Origin: Azolla caroliniana
Taxonomy: Eukaryota; Plantae; Polypodiophyta
Direction: 5' to 3'
Assembly (NCBI GenBank): GCA_043228905.1
Contig: JBHGNT010000202.1
Location: forward strand, 1 to 53,816
Length of the DNA stretch: 53,816 nt
Of this stretch, positions 12,246-24,139 are shown one piece after another. The stretch's first letter is position 1. Each line of letters opens with the position of its first letter. Below the pieces are notes generated by a model that was not told where the DNA came from, did no database searches, and saw nothing but the letters and a program-made list of their open reading frames with translations. Position numbers and translations under genes: made by a program.

Positions 12246-14084
12246 CAGGCACTAGAGGGCAATTTGGCTGATCTTGTAATGCGCTTATTGTTGGTGCCAG
12301 TTTTTTCTGATTTTACATTCTTCTTTATCTTAAAGCCTTTAGGTATCAGTTGACTAAGTGGCACTTCATCATCAGATGCATCAGAGACAGGCGTGGATGC
12401 ACCTTGTACTAGTGGCAAGCTTGAGAGAGCAACTATGTTTTCTGCAATTGCAATGCTTGTACACACATCCACAAAGGTACTGTCGATAGAAAAATTATCA
12501 CTCATCTCCTGAATGTGGGTTGTTTTAGTACTCATGTTGTTGCTAGTATGCTCATTCTCAATACAATTAGGCTCCTGTATGTGGGCTACAGCAATACTCC
12601 TGGCGAACTCTTGGCTAGTGATAGTCAACTCATTCTTAAGACCATTGTGCTCTCCTTCTTGGGTCAACTCCTCTTGTACGGTGGTTGTCACCTCATTCTT
12701 AAGAGAACCGTGCTCCCCTTCTTGGGTGGTCTTTATTGCATGGTCCTCATGGGTGATGCTAGTAGGCTCCCCTTCATTAGTAACGATGTTCTTTCCACAA
12801 TCCTCATGGGATTCTTTAGACACTACTAGCACATTCTCAATACAATTCGGCTCCTCTTCAGTACTAGCGATGTTCTTTCCACACTCCTCATGGGAATCTT
12901 TAGACACTACAATTACATTCTCAGTACAATCAGTCTTCTCTTTAGTACTTGCCATATTCTTTCCACACTCCTCATGGGCTTCTTTAGACAAATTGTTGTT
13001 TGTACATGCCAGCTGCTCTTCAAATATGAATGCTTCGTTTTTCTCACGGTCCTCATGTATGGAAGATGTGCTTCCAGAGCCTACCTCCGTGCAAAGGTTA
13101 ATCCCAAAATCTGACTCTGCACTTGTGCTCCATATAGTTCCCAATTCATTTGATTGCAATTGGGAATCGGACTACTCTTGTAAACCTAAATAATGGGATT
13201 CCAAAGAATATTAGTATCAACTCACATACTCAAAAGTTTGCAAACATACCAACAACAATGAACATAGGGTTAAGATCCACATTTTTACCTATTGTTACAT
13301 CGTCATACTGTACAGCCGTAGATACCCCATTGCAAGTGGTATGCTCGATCATCTTCTCCACAACATCTACGTGCTCAACAGGGTTGTTATGATCTATAGA
13401 ATGCACCAAAAGCAATACTATCATAGGGTTGTTATGATCTAAATCATTGTTTTCAAAACTGGCTTTTGATGTGTACCTAGGAGTGTGATAAAATCGTCTT
13501 CACGATCAGGTTTTGGACTCATATCTCCCTCACCAAAGATCATTTCGTCATCAGCTAGTAACACAAGTACACTGTATTAGACAATGCATTAGGTTGACAA
13601 CTCTCCGGATAGGTGAGAACATATATGACTCACCATTGCATTCAACTTTGCCTTTCTTGCCCTTTCCATACAACATTCTTACAACATTCCTCTTCTTAGT
13701 TGGCTCTATTTCTAAAGAAATTAGGCATTCAACACTTTCTCAAATGAGAATTAAGATATGTTGGCAAAATTTGTGTTGCCTGGATTGTTTTGAGGTTGAC
13801 CGGAGCTTGGGGATTTTGTTTGTAGAAGCATATGTTCCACTCCTCCAATGGCCCTTCTCATACATTCATCTTCATCATAAAACTCATAGGTTATTGGTAA
13901 TGATGGTCCCTGAACCTTGGAATGTTCAGCAGATACCGAGGGTTTAGGCACAGGGGCCGGTTGTTCCATTACCTTCCCTGGCGTGGAGTTGCTTGACACT
14001 ACAACATTCATTGCAAGAAACCAAAAAGCCTTCAAGGTTAGTACCGTGATATAAAATATACAATGTAAGTCACAAGAGTTGCAT

Positions 14085-15300
14085 TACTAATTCATTAAGC
14101 TACACCTAGTTCCCATATTACACAACTAGTATTAATCGTGAACAATGTACTACTCACTTAGTTCCCAATTTACACAAGTAGTACTAATCATGAACAATGT
14201 ACTACTAACTTAGTCAAATTACACAAGGAGTACTAATCATGAACAATGTACCACTCACTTAGTTGCCAAATTACACAAATAGTACTAATCATGAACAATG
14301 TACTAATCCTGAACAATATATTACTCACTTAGTTCCTAAATTACTGAACTGGTACTAATAAGGAACGGAAGTAGTACTAATAATGAACAATGTACTACTC
14401 ACTTAGTTCCCAATTTACACAAGTAGTACTAATCATGAACAATGTACTACTAACTTAGTCAAATTACACAAGGAGTACTAATCATGAACAATGTACCACT
14501 CACTTAGTTGCCAAATTACACAAATAGTACTAATCATGAACAATGTACTAATCCTGAACAATATATTACTCACTTAGTTCCTAAATTACTGAACTGGTAC
14601 TAATAAGGAACGGAAGTAGTACTAATAATGAACAATGTACTGCTCACTTAGTTCCCAATTTACACAAGTAGTACTAATCATGCACAATGCACTACTCACT
14701 TAGTTCCTAAATTACACAAGGAGTACTAATCATGAGCAATGGACTAAGTTCCCAATTTACAAAACTAGTACTAATCATGAGCAATGTACTACTCACTTAG
14801 TTCCCAATTTACAGAACTAGTACTAATCATGAACAATGTACTACTCGCTAAGTACTAATCGTCAACAATGTACTACAAGTATAGTGTGTACTAACACTAG
14901 TACTAGGCACGTTGTAATATAGATTGGACTAACATTTAATCCAACAAATGTAGATTGGATTTTAGTACTAATGTGGTATTTTGCACACAAGTAATACTAA
15001 ACATGATATGTGTTCTACACACCTAATTACATAACTTGTACTAATTACACCAACTATATTAATCTTGAACAGTATTAGTACTAAACGTGATATGTGTTTG
15101 ACACACCTCATTTCCAAATTACACAAACTGTACTAATATTCAGCAATTTACTATACACCTTGTTCCCAAATTACATAACTAGTACTAATTCCCAAGTTAC
15201 ACAAACAATACTACAAGTATAGTGTCTACTAAACTAGTACTAGGCAAGTTGCAATATAGATTGGACGATGTTGTACCTGGTTCCCTTTTAGTACTAATTC
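14085..15300. repeat. ~52-bp tandem array with a 245-bp higher-order duplication, in the accessory-gene intron
   Basis: Unit TACTCACTTAGTTCCCAATTTACACAAGTAGTACTAATCATGAACAATGTAC. Block 14151-14395 repeats at 14396-14640. Confidence 0.92.
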
Positions 15301-16415
15301 TGGAAAATATCCCTTCAACTACACATACCAATTATATATTAAGAGTATTGCTAATACTAACCCACATAATTAGGGTTCCACATATTAGTTGTTAGAGATA
15401 CATTAATATTACTCCATTGTTCTCCTAAATTTGAAGTATGAATTGTGGCGTACACTAGTTCTAATCCAAATGTAAATTGACATCATATAATACAAACAAT
15501 AGAATAGTAGAGCCACATATCAAGGTCTCTCATTTGTGAACCTAATTGAGTGCCCATATTGTTTAGCTCTTTCTTCAACTCCTCTTTCAACACCTCACTT
15601 TCTGAATTTTGGATTGTCGATGCAATCTATTCATATGTAGTCTTTAATGAAGAGAATTTCTTTTTTCAGCAAGCAGTGCTTGTATTCTTGAGCTCATAGA
15701 AGCTATGCAACTAGCCATCATCTGTTCATGCTTTTCAGTCATTGTGGCCCGTACCTTTGCAGATTGAACTTGGTGGACAGGTGTTGTAGCCGAAATATCT
15801 ACATGAGAGGTTCCTGATGACTTCAAGCCAGTGTTGGTACTGGAGGACCCTTTATAATGTTTTGACCGGTGCTGATTAAAATCTTCCCAATCTATGTCGA
15901 TGCCACACTAAACTTCACATGCAAATGCACGTGCAAAAACAATACCCACCTCATTGTTACAGATTTGATTTGTATCATAAACATGTTCATATCTCGTCTT
16001 CAATAAGTTCACATATTCCCTCTTCAATCCACTTATGTGGAATCCTCGCCTTGTATCGGGATGTGCTGGCCCCCAGGTTTTTATCAACCACTCTCTCAGC
16101 TCAAGATAAACTTCAGGTCGTGCTCGAAGGAAATAACTCCATCCGAGAGGTGTGTCTCGAATGATGGAGTGGTACATCTTCTTTCTCTGTGTTGATGATT
16201 TCATCACCCTTTCTCTTGTGGGTGTCTTCTTGCTTTCTTTGATAGGTGTCCTTTTTCCTTCCTTCACTGGTGTCTTCACTTTCTCTTTCATCAATGTCTT
16301 CTTTATGGGTGTCCTTCTCGTCATTGTCCTAGTCATCACTATTCTCATCGAATGAATATGCATGTACTAGAATAAAACTCATCAAATTACCATCAACACA
16401 TAGCAAATCATCACA

Positions 16416-16800
16416 TTGCATGTACAAGCCATGTCAAACACACAAAAACCCTAAATAGTCGGAAGAAAACTCATCCATGTCTAACACATACAAATTAAAA
16501 ACAGACAGACAGGAAACACAGAGAAAACGAAAACATAGCAACTCATCACAGCCAACTCCATCTAAGTTGCATGTACAAACCATGTCAAACACACAACCAC
16601 CCTAAACAATCGAAAGAAAACTCATCCATGTCAAACACATACAAATTAAAAACAGACAGACAAGAAACACAGAGAAAATGAAAACATACCAGTTGAGCAT
16701 GCAACACATAGACTATGAATAATGAAAACCTAAAAATGCCCATACACATACAAATTAAAAACAGATGGACAGGAAACATAGAGAAAACGAAAACATACCA
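16416..16800. repeat. ~150-bp repeat (2 copies plus a partial) in accessory-gene intron 1
   Basis: ACACATACAAATTAAAAACAGA occurs three times. Confidence 0.8.
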
Positions 16801-17570
16801 GTTGGGCATGCAGCACAGAGAATACCTGGAGGTCGTACAAGTTGCACATGCATTGATGGGTCAAAGGCAGATGGAGCCATGGTCAAGGCAGAGGTACCAC
16901 ACCTTGGGAGCACACCAAGCCTTCAAAATCACCTATATGCAAGAGGTTGTTGATGAGGCTGCTGCAGAGGAGACAAAGGAGCATACACAAGGAAAGAAAA
17001 TCAACGACACGAACATAAATCCGGGGAAATAGAAATCTCTGCATATACAGAGACAGAGATCGAACCTAGCATAGAGGGGAACACAACAACAACTACGCGG
17101 GGAAACAGAGAATCGAAGGTGGAGTGCGAGAGAGAAACAGAAAGAAAGAAAGAAACAGAGATTCGAAGGTGGAGTGAGAGAGAGAAAGAGAGAGATAGGT
17201 AATAGATATGTGTCGTCTTTCTAACTTTCTGCCACTGTCTATTTGACAACTTCGAGACAAAAGAGAGAGAGAGAGAGAGAGACTGACCAACTATGACATT
17301 CGAAACCTTCTCCAGGTGTGCTTTCGTACAACTCTACCTAGGAGAATGAAGTTACAATTAATGTATTAAATACGGCCTTGGGACATTTCGAGTGTGATGT
17401 ATAATATCTTTGTACATTCGAGTGTCACGTAATGAATTTGTTATTTGAAATTGAACACCATTCAATAGATGATAATTGTTTTATTTTCAATTTTTAATGT
17501 TTATTTTTTTCCTTGATTTAGTAGTAAATTTCTGGCCAAAAGTCGGTACACCGTAGCATGCTTCGACCCA

Positions 17571-18220
17571 TTATATATTTGACAATCACCCGACCCGACA
17601 TCAGTTATCCGGTTGGCGTGATCAACCAATATATGCAGAAGCCAACCGTGGAACAACTTTTGTGCGCGCATCGAATTTTGCGATATGTGAGCGGTACGAA
17701 GGACTGGGGACTGTTATACCGGCATGGTATAACCGAAGAGCTAGTCGGCTACACCGATGCCGATTGAGCCAGCGATGCATCGGATCGCCGATGCACCTTC
17801 GGCTAGATGTTTTCCCTTGGTAGCGTGGTTGTTGCGTGGAGCAGCAAAAAGCAGCCAATAGTGGCCCTTTCGAGCACTGAGGCTGAATACCTGGGCGCTA
17901 CCGTTGCCACCTATGAAGCCATTTGGCTTCGGCGACTGCTGGAAGACCAACGGATCGAGGTGCCGACCCTGATCCTGATCTACTACGACAACATAAGCAG
18001 CATGTAGCTCGCAAGGAACCCCGTATTCCATGCTCACACAAAGCACATAGAACTGCACTACCACTTCATGCGTGAGCGTGTCCTCAGCGATGAAGTCAAA
18101 CTTCGGTATGTTCATACGGATCGACATCTTCACCAAACCGCTCGGATTGGACAAGTTGCAGCACTTCACAGAAATGCTTGGTGTTTAACATCTTGATGTG
18201 CCACACTTGAGGGGGAGAAT
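17571..18220 (+). pseudogene. copia B reverse transcriptase C-terminus and RNase H
   Basis: IYLTITRPDISYPVG, LVGYTDAD, AWSSKKQPIVALSSTEAEY, NPVFHAHTKHIELHYHF, DIFTKPL. Confidence 0.93.
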
Positions 18221-18840
18221 GGGCAAACACTGGAACGGGCAAAGGCAAAGAAACTGCCGATTGCGCCAGTGAGGGAAGAACCGACAAAGGGAGAGACAAG
18301 AAGAAGAAAGGAGCCGATTCAACAAAGGAAGTTGACACATCCGAACAAGTCGAAACAAGCAACAGTGGCGGCAGAGTCAAGAAGGACAGATCCGACCGGA
18401 AGAAGAAGGCCAAGACTCGGACATGGTCCGATGTGGTGAAGGGCCTGGAACCGGAAGGTGAATCAGGAGTGACCGATTCGGACAAGAGCTGGAACGAATC
18501 GGAGACAGCCGATTCAGTTCAACAGACGGATTCGGAAGAACCGGATCAATTCAAGGCCAAGAGGACGAGAAGGCAGCGAAAGTCGACGCCAACACGAAGG
18601 AATCGGCGAATCGGCAAACGCCAAAGTCACAGCAGCGAGAGAGCTGAATTGGGCCTGTTGAGCAAACAAGTCGACCGAGGAGGTCGAGGTGCGCAGAAGC
18701 AGAAGAGTCGCGGAAAACAGGACTAGACCGGACGAGGAGCGTGAGTGAGGCGGAGTGACACCAGAAGGAGCCGGGTGGAAGGACCAGTTGCCCTAGAGAC
18801 TGACACTACGATCCGACCTCAAATTGAGCTTGATGGGGAG

Positions 18841-19147
18841 TGTTGAGCGGCAAGCTCAACCGGATCCGGATCGGCATCCGAAAGGATGAGCCGGATCGGA
18901 GAGCCGGATTCGAGCAAGAACCGGAAGCCTAGTAGTAGCCTAGACTACTAGGTAGTTAATGACTCGTAGTTAGTGATAGACGCTCGTGTGAGCGTTGAAG
19001 TACACTGTATTTCTGTCAGCCCTCTTAGGACTTGTATAAATAGTGTTGTTGAGCACGTTGTATGTACAGAGAATTTTACAGAGTTGTTGATAATAGATTT
19101 AAGTTGTTCTGCTCTTTCTCTATCCCTCCTACGTACCTTATGTGTGT

Positions 19148-19189
<42 letters not shown>

Positions 19190-19240
19190 TGCTATCCTGC
19201 TAAGCCGGTTGTCTAACGATTACGCACCTTCATTTCTACA
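18841..19240 (+). repeat. 3' LTR of copia B (contains an expanded CT microsatellite)
   Basis: TG...CA termini, direct repeat of 2821-3222, followed by the TSD GTAAT. Confidence 0.95.
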
Positions 19241-19354
19241 GTAATCCACTAAAATGAAAATCTAGCCCCTTGACCGAGTAACTAGTCTTTTCCCGGATGG
19301 ACCCCCCTTCTTCTTCGTTTTGCTAGATGATTACCCATTTTGTTAGCCTCTTTC

Positions 19355-19727
19355 TGTTGAATACGGGTACATAACGAACGTACCCACATTGTCCCATTGG
19401 ACAAACTATGTTTAGGCCATAATTCTAATTATTGGAAAACCTTAGGTCAGTTAGCATTTAAACTGATCTTTGTAACCTAGTTAGTTGTTGTTCATTGTTG
19501 TATTATTATCGTGTTGTTGTAACCTTGGAGAATAATACAGTTACATTGCTTGGTGCCTTTCTGTGTGTCAGTTTCTTTCTCTTACTCCATCCTTGATCTT
19601 GAATATGGTAAAGTTGTCTTTGTCATACAAGCTATTCTTCTAGTTTGTCCTCTTATCTACATCAACTGGGAGTTCTTCACTTGATAGGCCTTGATCTTGT
19701 TCTGCATTTGATGGCATGCTTCCAACA
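19355..19727 (+). repeat. 5' LTR of copia C
   Basis: TGTTGAATAC...TCCAACA, followed by the PBS; homologous to the split 3' LTR. Confidence 0.85.
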
Positions 19728-20601
19728 TCTGGTATTAGAGCTTGAGGTTTTGATTCTACAGTCGGTCATCTTCTTGTCTTCATCAACACTTCTTTCCTGA
19801 TACCCCCTGAAGATATTTCGGTTGACATCACTTGGAAAAACTAATTCTATGATTTCAGTAGACTAAAATGTTTTGGTCGGAAACTCTCTACAATATCACC
19901 CTTCCTGAGAAGAGACACTTGAAAAACCAACACTTCACTAAGCTAGGTCACTCTTGAAGTAGGCCAATCTATTGTACTTTGCCTTCGTGATTGTAGCCTC
20001 TTGGAATGAGATCTTTTCATCAAACCAACCTTGATTGTGCTTCATCATGTTAGACAACAACTAGACATGTCATCCGACGTTGCCTACTCGTTTGTCATAA
20101 CCACTCGAAGCAAATTCAACCCCAAGAACAACCGCCATTCGTGCTTCATTTGGCTAGACGATATTGAAGAAGAATAGTCGAATCTATCCCTCTCATCATT
20201 ATGGTCACCTGAAGCAGGATCGGTCTAGAAAAAAATGACACAAACAACACATAATCTGTGATCGCCCCTCCTAAAATCGGCACCTAGAATTGGATTGACA
20301 ATTAATTATGCTCAATCCGTCTAGGCGATATTCGAGAAGACTAGTAGGCTATGTCCCTCCACCCATTGTAGCCACTTCGAGCAAGTTTAGCACCCAATTG
20401 TTATCTAGAACCTAATCAGAAATTTTGGGTTCAATTCGGCTCAGCTATTCGGTTGTAGTCGCTCTAGACAGAACCCATTGATAGTCGAAGCCAATCAGCT
20501 CGTGTCCAAATCCGGTTAGAATGAATTCAGGTGAGCTAGCTAGTTGCACCCAACCACTGTTTGTAGCTAACTTCGGACAGAGACTCCCAAAGCCAACACA
20601 T

Positions 20602-23255
20602 ATGGCATGAACATCTGGCTCATCCAAAATGAGCCTAATGAAGTTCGACGGGTCGAACTTTAACTTCTGGAAGGAACAAATGCAAGACTATTTGATCATC
20701 AAAGGTCAGATAGATCCAATCGACTTAAAAAATACTCGAGAAAAAGTACACGCCAAATGAGTGGAAAAAATTAGATTGAATTACTTGGGCCACCATTCAG
20801 ATGCACTTGTCGGAGTCAGTGTACTTCACAATGTAATCGTTTCGACTGCCTACGAACTGTGTAAGACACTTTCAGACACTTATGAAAAGAAGGTCATCAC
20901 AACAAAGATATATTTAATCTGGCGCCTTTACAACCTTCAGATGAAAGAATCCAATTCGGTCCAAGAACACATAATTGAGTATGAAAATTTGAGTTCCCAA
21001 TTGTCGACTTAGGGAGTCACCATAGAAGACAAGCTGAAAGCTCTTGCACCAATGAGCAGTCTAAGTCCTAGAAAACTTATGTCACCATTGTGTGCAACAC
21101 ATCCAGAATGACTATAAGCTACTCTGAATTGAAGAGTTCAATTCTAACAGAAGATGCTTGGAGGAGGTCGTTTGTTCATGACATAGCCAAGCATGCATTT
21201 GTAGTACATGGTTTGATTGACTGACCAAACAGCCGAGGAAGAAGTTTTCCCAACCGTCCACAAATTCGCCAAGTCAAAGCAAGTCCAAGTATAGTCAGAT
21301 ATGCAACTATTGTAAGAAACTTGGACATGTTAAAACCAACTGGCGTGCACTCAAAGACAAGAACAATAAAGCTCAGTGAGCTGATAAAAAGGGTAGCCAA
21401 CATGAGGTTAACTACATCGGCTCATCAACCGAAATACTGACGGATGATATGAACATCCTGTTTATAGAGAACTCAATCGAATCCAAAGGTTTGCTTACGA
21501 CTAAGGAAATGTTCACATGCCTCTTGGATTTGGGTGCATCCTACCACGTGACCCCTCATCGATCCCAATTTTGGCAATGTTCGGCTCGGCATTCCGACTC
21601 AATTCGAGTCGAAAATTCGCAAAACTGTGCTATAGTCGGAATCGGCAATGTAGGGCTCAACCTTCCAGGTGGCTCTACACTAGTACTACATAATGTTTGA
21701 CACATATTTGAGCTCTCAAGTCCACTTATCTCAGTCAAACAACTTGACGAAGATGACATCCATGCAGACGACATTAGTGTTGACTTCTCATCAGGAGGGT
21801 GGACACTCCACAGAGGGAACCTGCTACTTGTTCAAGGTCCAAAAGTGCATTTGTTGTACCCGTTATACTTCACACTCAGAGAGGGCAACTTATTTTTGGT
21901 TGATATTCCCATGTCATCACTATGGCATGGACAACTCAGACATCTCAGCAAGGTTAGCATAACGCATTTATCTAGAGCCGTATACACCCCCAAACTCTCC
22001 TTTCTGGACCACCAATTCTGCAAGCACTACAAATACGGCAAACAAGTCGTAGCCACACACCCGATGGTAACACCAAGAGAATCGATTCCACTCGATTTGG
22101 TCCATTCGGACGTCTATGGCCCAATGCCACATCAGTCTCTTGGCGACGCCTCCTACTTCGTCAACTTCATCGACAACTCGACTCGTAAGGTGTGGGCTTA
22201 TCCGGCTAGAACAAAAAATCGGGTGTTCTCGATCTTCCTGGAATGGCTTACCATGGTGGAGAGAACCAGTCCAGCCGGAAGCTAAAATGCTTACGGTCAG
22301 ACAATGGAGTAGAGTTGAAAAGTGAAGATTCCGTCAGATTTTGCCAACAACGCGGCATTCAACATGAATACAGGGCACCATATCTTTCGAAGCAAAATGG
22401 AATTGCTGAATGAATGAATCAGACAATTCAAGAACGAATCGTTGTTATGCTCCAACACTCCAGACTGGCATATGACTTTTGGGCAGAGGCCCTACTTACG
22501 GCAACACACATGTAATCAATATGTCGTCGAGTAGGCCTGTAGCATTTCAAATACCTAACGAATTATGGATTGGCAATCAGCCGAATTATAACAAGCTGAG
22601 GGTTTTCGGATGTGAGGCATACACCCTCATAACGAAAGAGTATTGCCAAAAGCTCGAACCAAGGTCCAGGAAATGCATTTTCCTTGGCTATGGACCATAC
22701 AACAAAATCAGATCCCAACTCTAGGACCTAGAGAATATATAGATCGTCTGAAGTTTGAACGTTGTCTCCAACAAGTCAGTCATGCACAAGACGGCTGAAA
22801 GTGCTATTGAAGTCCTAAGGGTAACATTTTCAGAAATTTCGGCCCTTCATGAGCGCCCAACTCAAAACACAAGGTCGGCCTCACGAGTAGCTAAATTTGC
22901 TAGTACTAAATGGGCTCCAACAGTTTTGGCACAGCCAAACATTTCGCCTTCGGGCCATCTAACCCAAACAACCGATCTAGCTAGCCCAATCATACCAAGA
23001 CAATCGGAAAGATTTTCATAGCCTTCGGAGAGGTACTCTCCTGGGATCTTCTTCATAAACTCTAGTGAGCCAACGTCATATGAAGAAGCATTGGCATCAA
23101 CTGATTTGGCCAAATGGCATCTGGCAATGGAGTTCGAAATGAACTCCATCCGACAAAACAAGACTTGGGATTTGGTCAAACTACCGAAAAACCGACGTGC
23201 TCTTCCATGCTAGTGGGTCTATAGACTAAAAGAGATGTTCGAGTTGGCTGATCCG
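20602..23255 (+). pseudogene. copia C gag-PR-IN and the first codons of RT, heavily decayed
   Basis: LYNLQMKE, LLDLGASYHVTP, LWHGQLRHLS, FIDNSTRKVWAY, LRVFGCEAY, EPTSYEEAL..MNSIRQNKTWDLVKLP. Confidence 0.88.
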
Positions 23256-23405
23256 GTTTCTTGTTTCCGAACATTGCCGATTCGGACAAAAGTAGACTTG
23301 TCTGACAACCTTGTATAAATTTGTAATTTTGTTCATTCTACTTTTTATTACACAGTTTTGGTTGTATACACCCATTATGGGGGAGTGTCGAATACATGTA
23401 CATAA

Positions 23406-24118
23406 TGACAGGAACACACGCTCCTGATGAACAACAGTCGGCCACAACCGAGCATAAAATCATAAAACACAGGAAAAACGGGGAAGGAAGGCACGACACA
23501 ATGAAGAGAAGAGTACACAGGATGTTTACGTTGAAAACCCAAATACAGGAAAAACCACGGCAACCCACAGACTGCAAACTATCACTGTGTCAGAATGTAC
23601 AAAATGGTAAAGCACTGAAGCAACGACCTCGAGCTTTCTATCTTCGCCACAAGCGGCGGTTACAACAGAGGCAACGATCTCTTCCTCTCTCTCACTCTCT
23701 CTGTACACAGTTGCGCGCTCTAATCTTTTGCCAACAAGAATAACAACAACATACATATATAGTTCTCTGTTTTCCCTAAGTCATATTTATACTAATATGA
23801 CTTTTCGGCTATTTACAAATATAGCCCCGATGGACTCTCAGAAACATATTTACAAATATGTCCCTTCATCCGGTGAGCACTTCTCACCGGGCTTGCATCA
23901 TTCGGCGCTTGTCGGGTACTCCTCATCCGGTTCTCACCGGTTCTTCCGGAGCCGGGTACTCGTCATTCGGCGCTTGCCGGGTACACCACATCCGGTTCTC
24001 ACCGGGTCTTCTGTAGTCGGGTACACCACATCCGGTTCCCACCGCGTCTTCCGTAGTCGGGTACTCCACATCCGGTTCTCACCGGGTCATCCCATCCGGA
24101 GGGACCTGTTTCCTAACA
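23406..24118 (-). repeat. 3' LTR of copia D
   Basis: Highly similar to 28100-28810; TG...CA termini; adjacent to the PPT. Confidence 0.95.
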
Positions 24119-24139
24119 AGCTCCCCCTTCACTCCGGCA

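Larger units (their letters stand above)
12245..16880 (-). pseudogene. Spliced accessory gene of the Sola2-type element: acidic N-terminus, unknown NNE/FARAFA domain, coiled coil, acidic low-complexity C-terminus
   Basis: ATG at 16880 (MAPSAFDPSMHVQLVRPP), then a phase-1 GT-AG intron 16367-16825 into an acidic exon. Globular segment 15908-16150, helical segment ~15520-15830, coding-like block 13500-14035 and a 304-aa terminal ORF 12245-13159. Stops and frameshifts present; exon structure only partly resolved. Confidence 0.6.
5923..17564 (+). mobile_element. Sola2-type DNA transposon (~11.6 kb) with transposase and convergent accessory gene; ends approximate
   Basis: Non-copia block between the copia B integrase tail and its RT C-terminus. 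Encodes a Sola2-like DDD transposase and may start with GAG at 5923. Only weak terminal inverted similarity (ATTTACTAC 5948-5956 / GTAGTAAAT 17521-17529); no TSD recoverable. Confidence 0.75.
2821..19240 (+). mobile_element. Ty1/copia LTR retrotransposon B with both LTRs, interrupted by a Sola2-type transposon
   Basis: LTRs 2821-3222 and 18841-19240. Perfect 5-bp TSD GTAAT (2816-2820, 19241-19245). PBS TGGTGTCAGAGC 3223-3234. PPT-like GAGCTTGATGGGGAG 18826-18840. Confidence 0.95.

Noticed and set aside
12513-13193. 226-aa hydrophobic plus-strand ORF
   Set aside because: Antisense shadow of the acidic 304-aa minus-strand ORF.
5951-17526. CACTA/EnSpm element suggested by TACTACAAGG...GTAGTA ends
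   Set aside because: No 3-bp direct TSD and no Tnp2/TnpA motifs; the transposase motifs fit Sola2.
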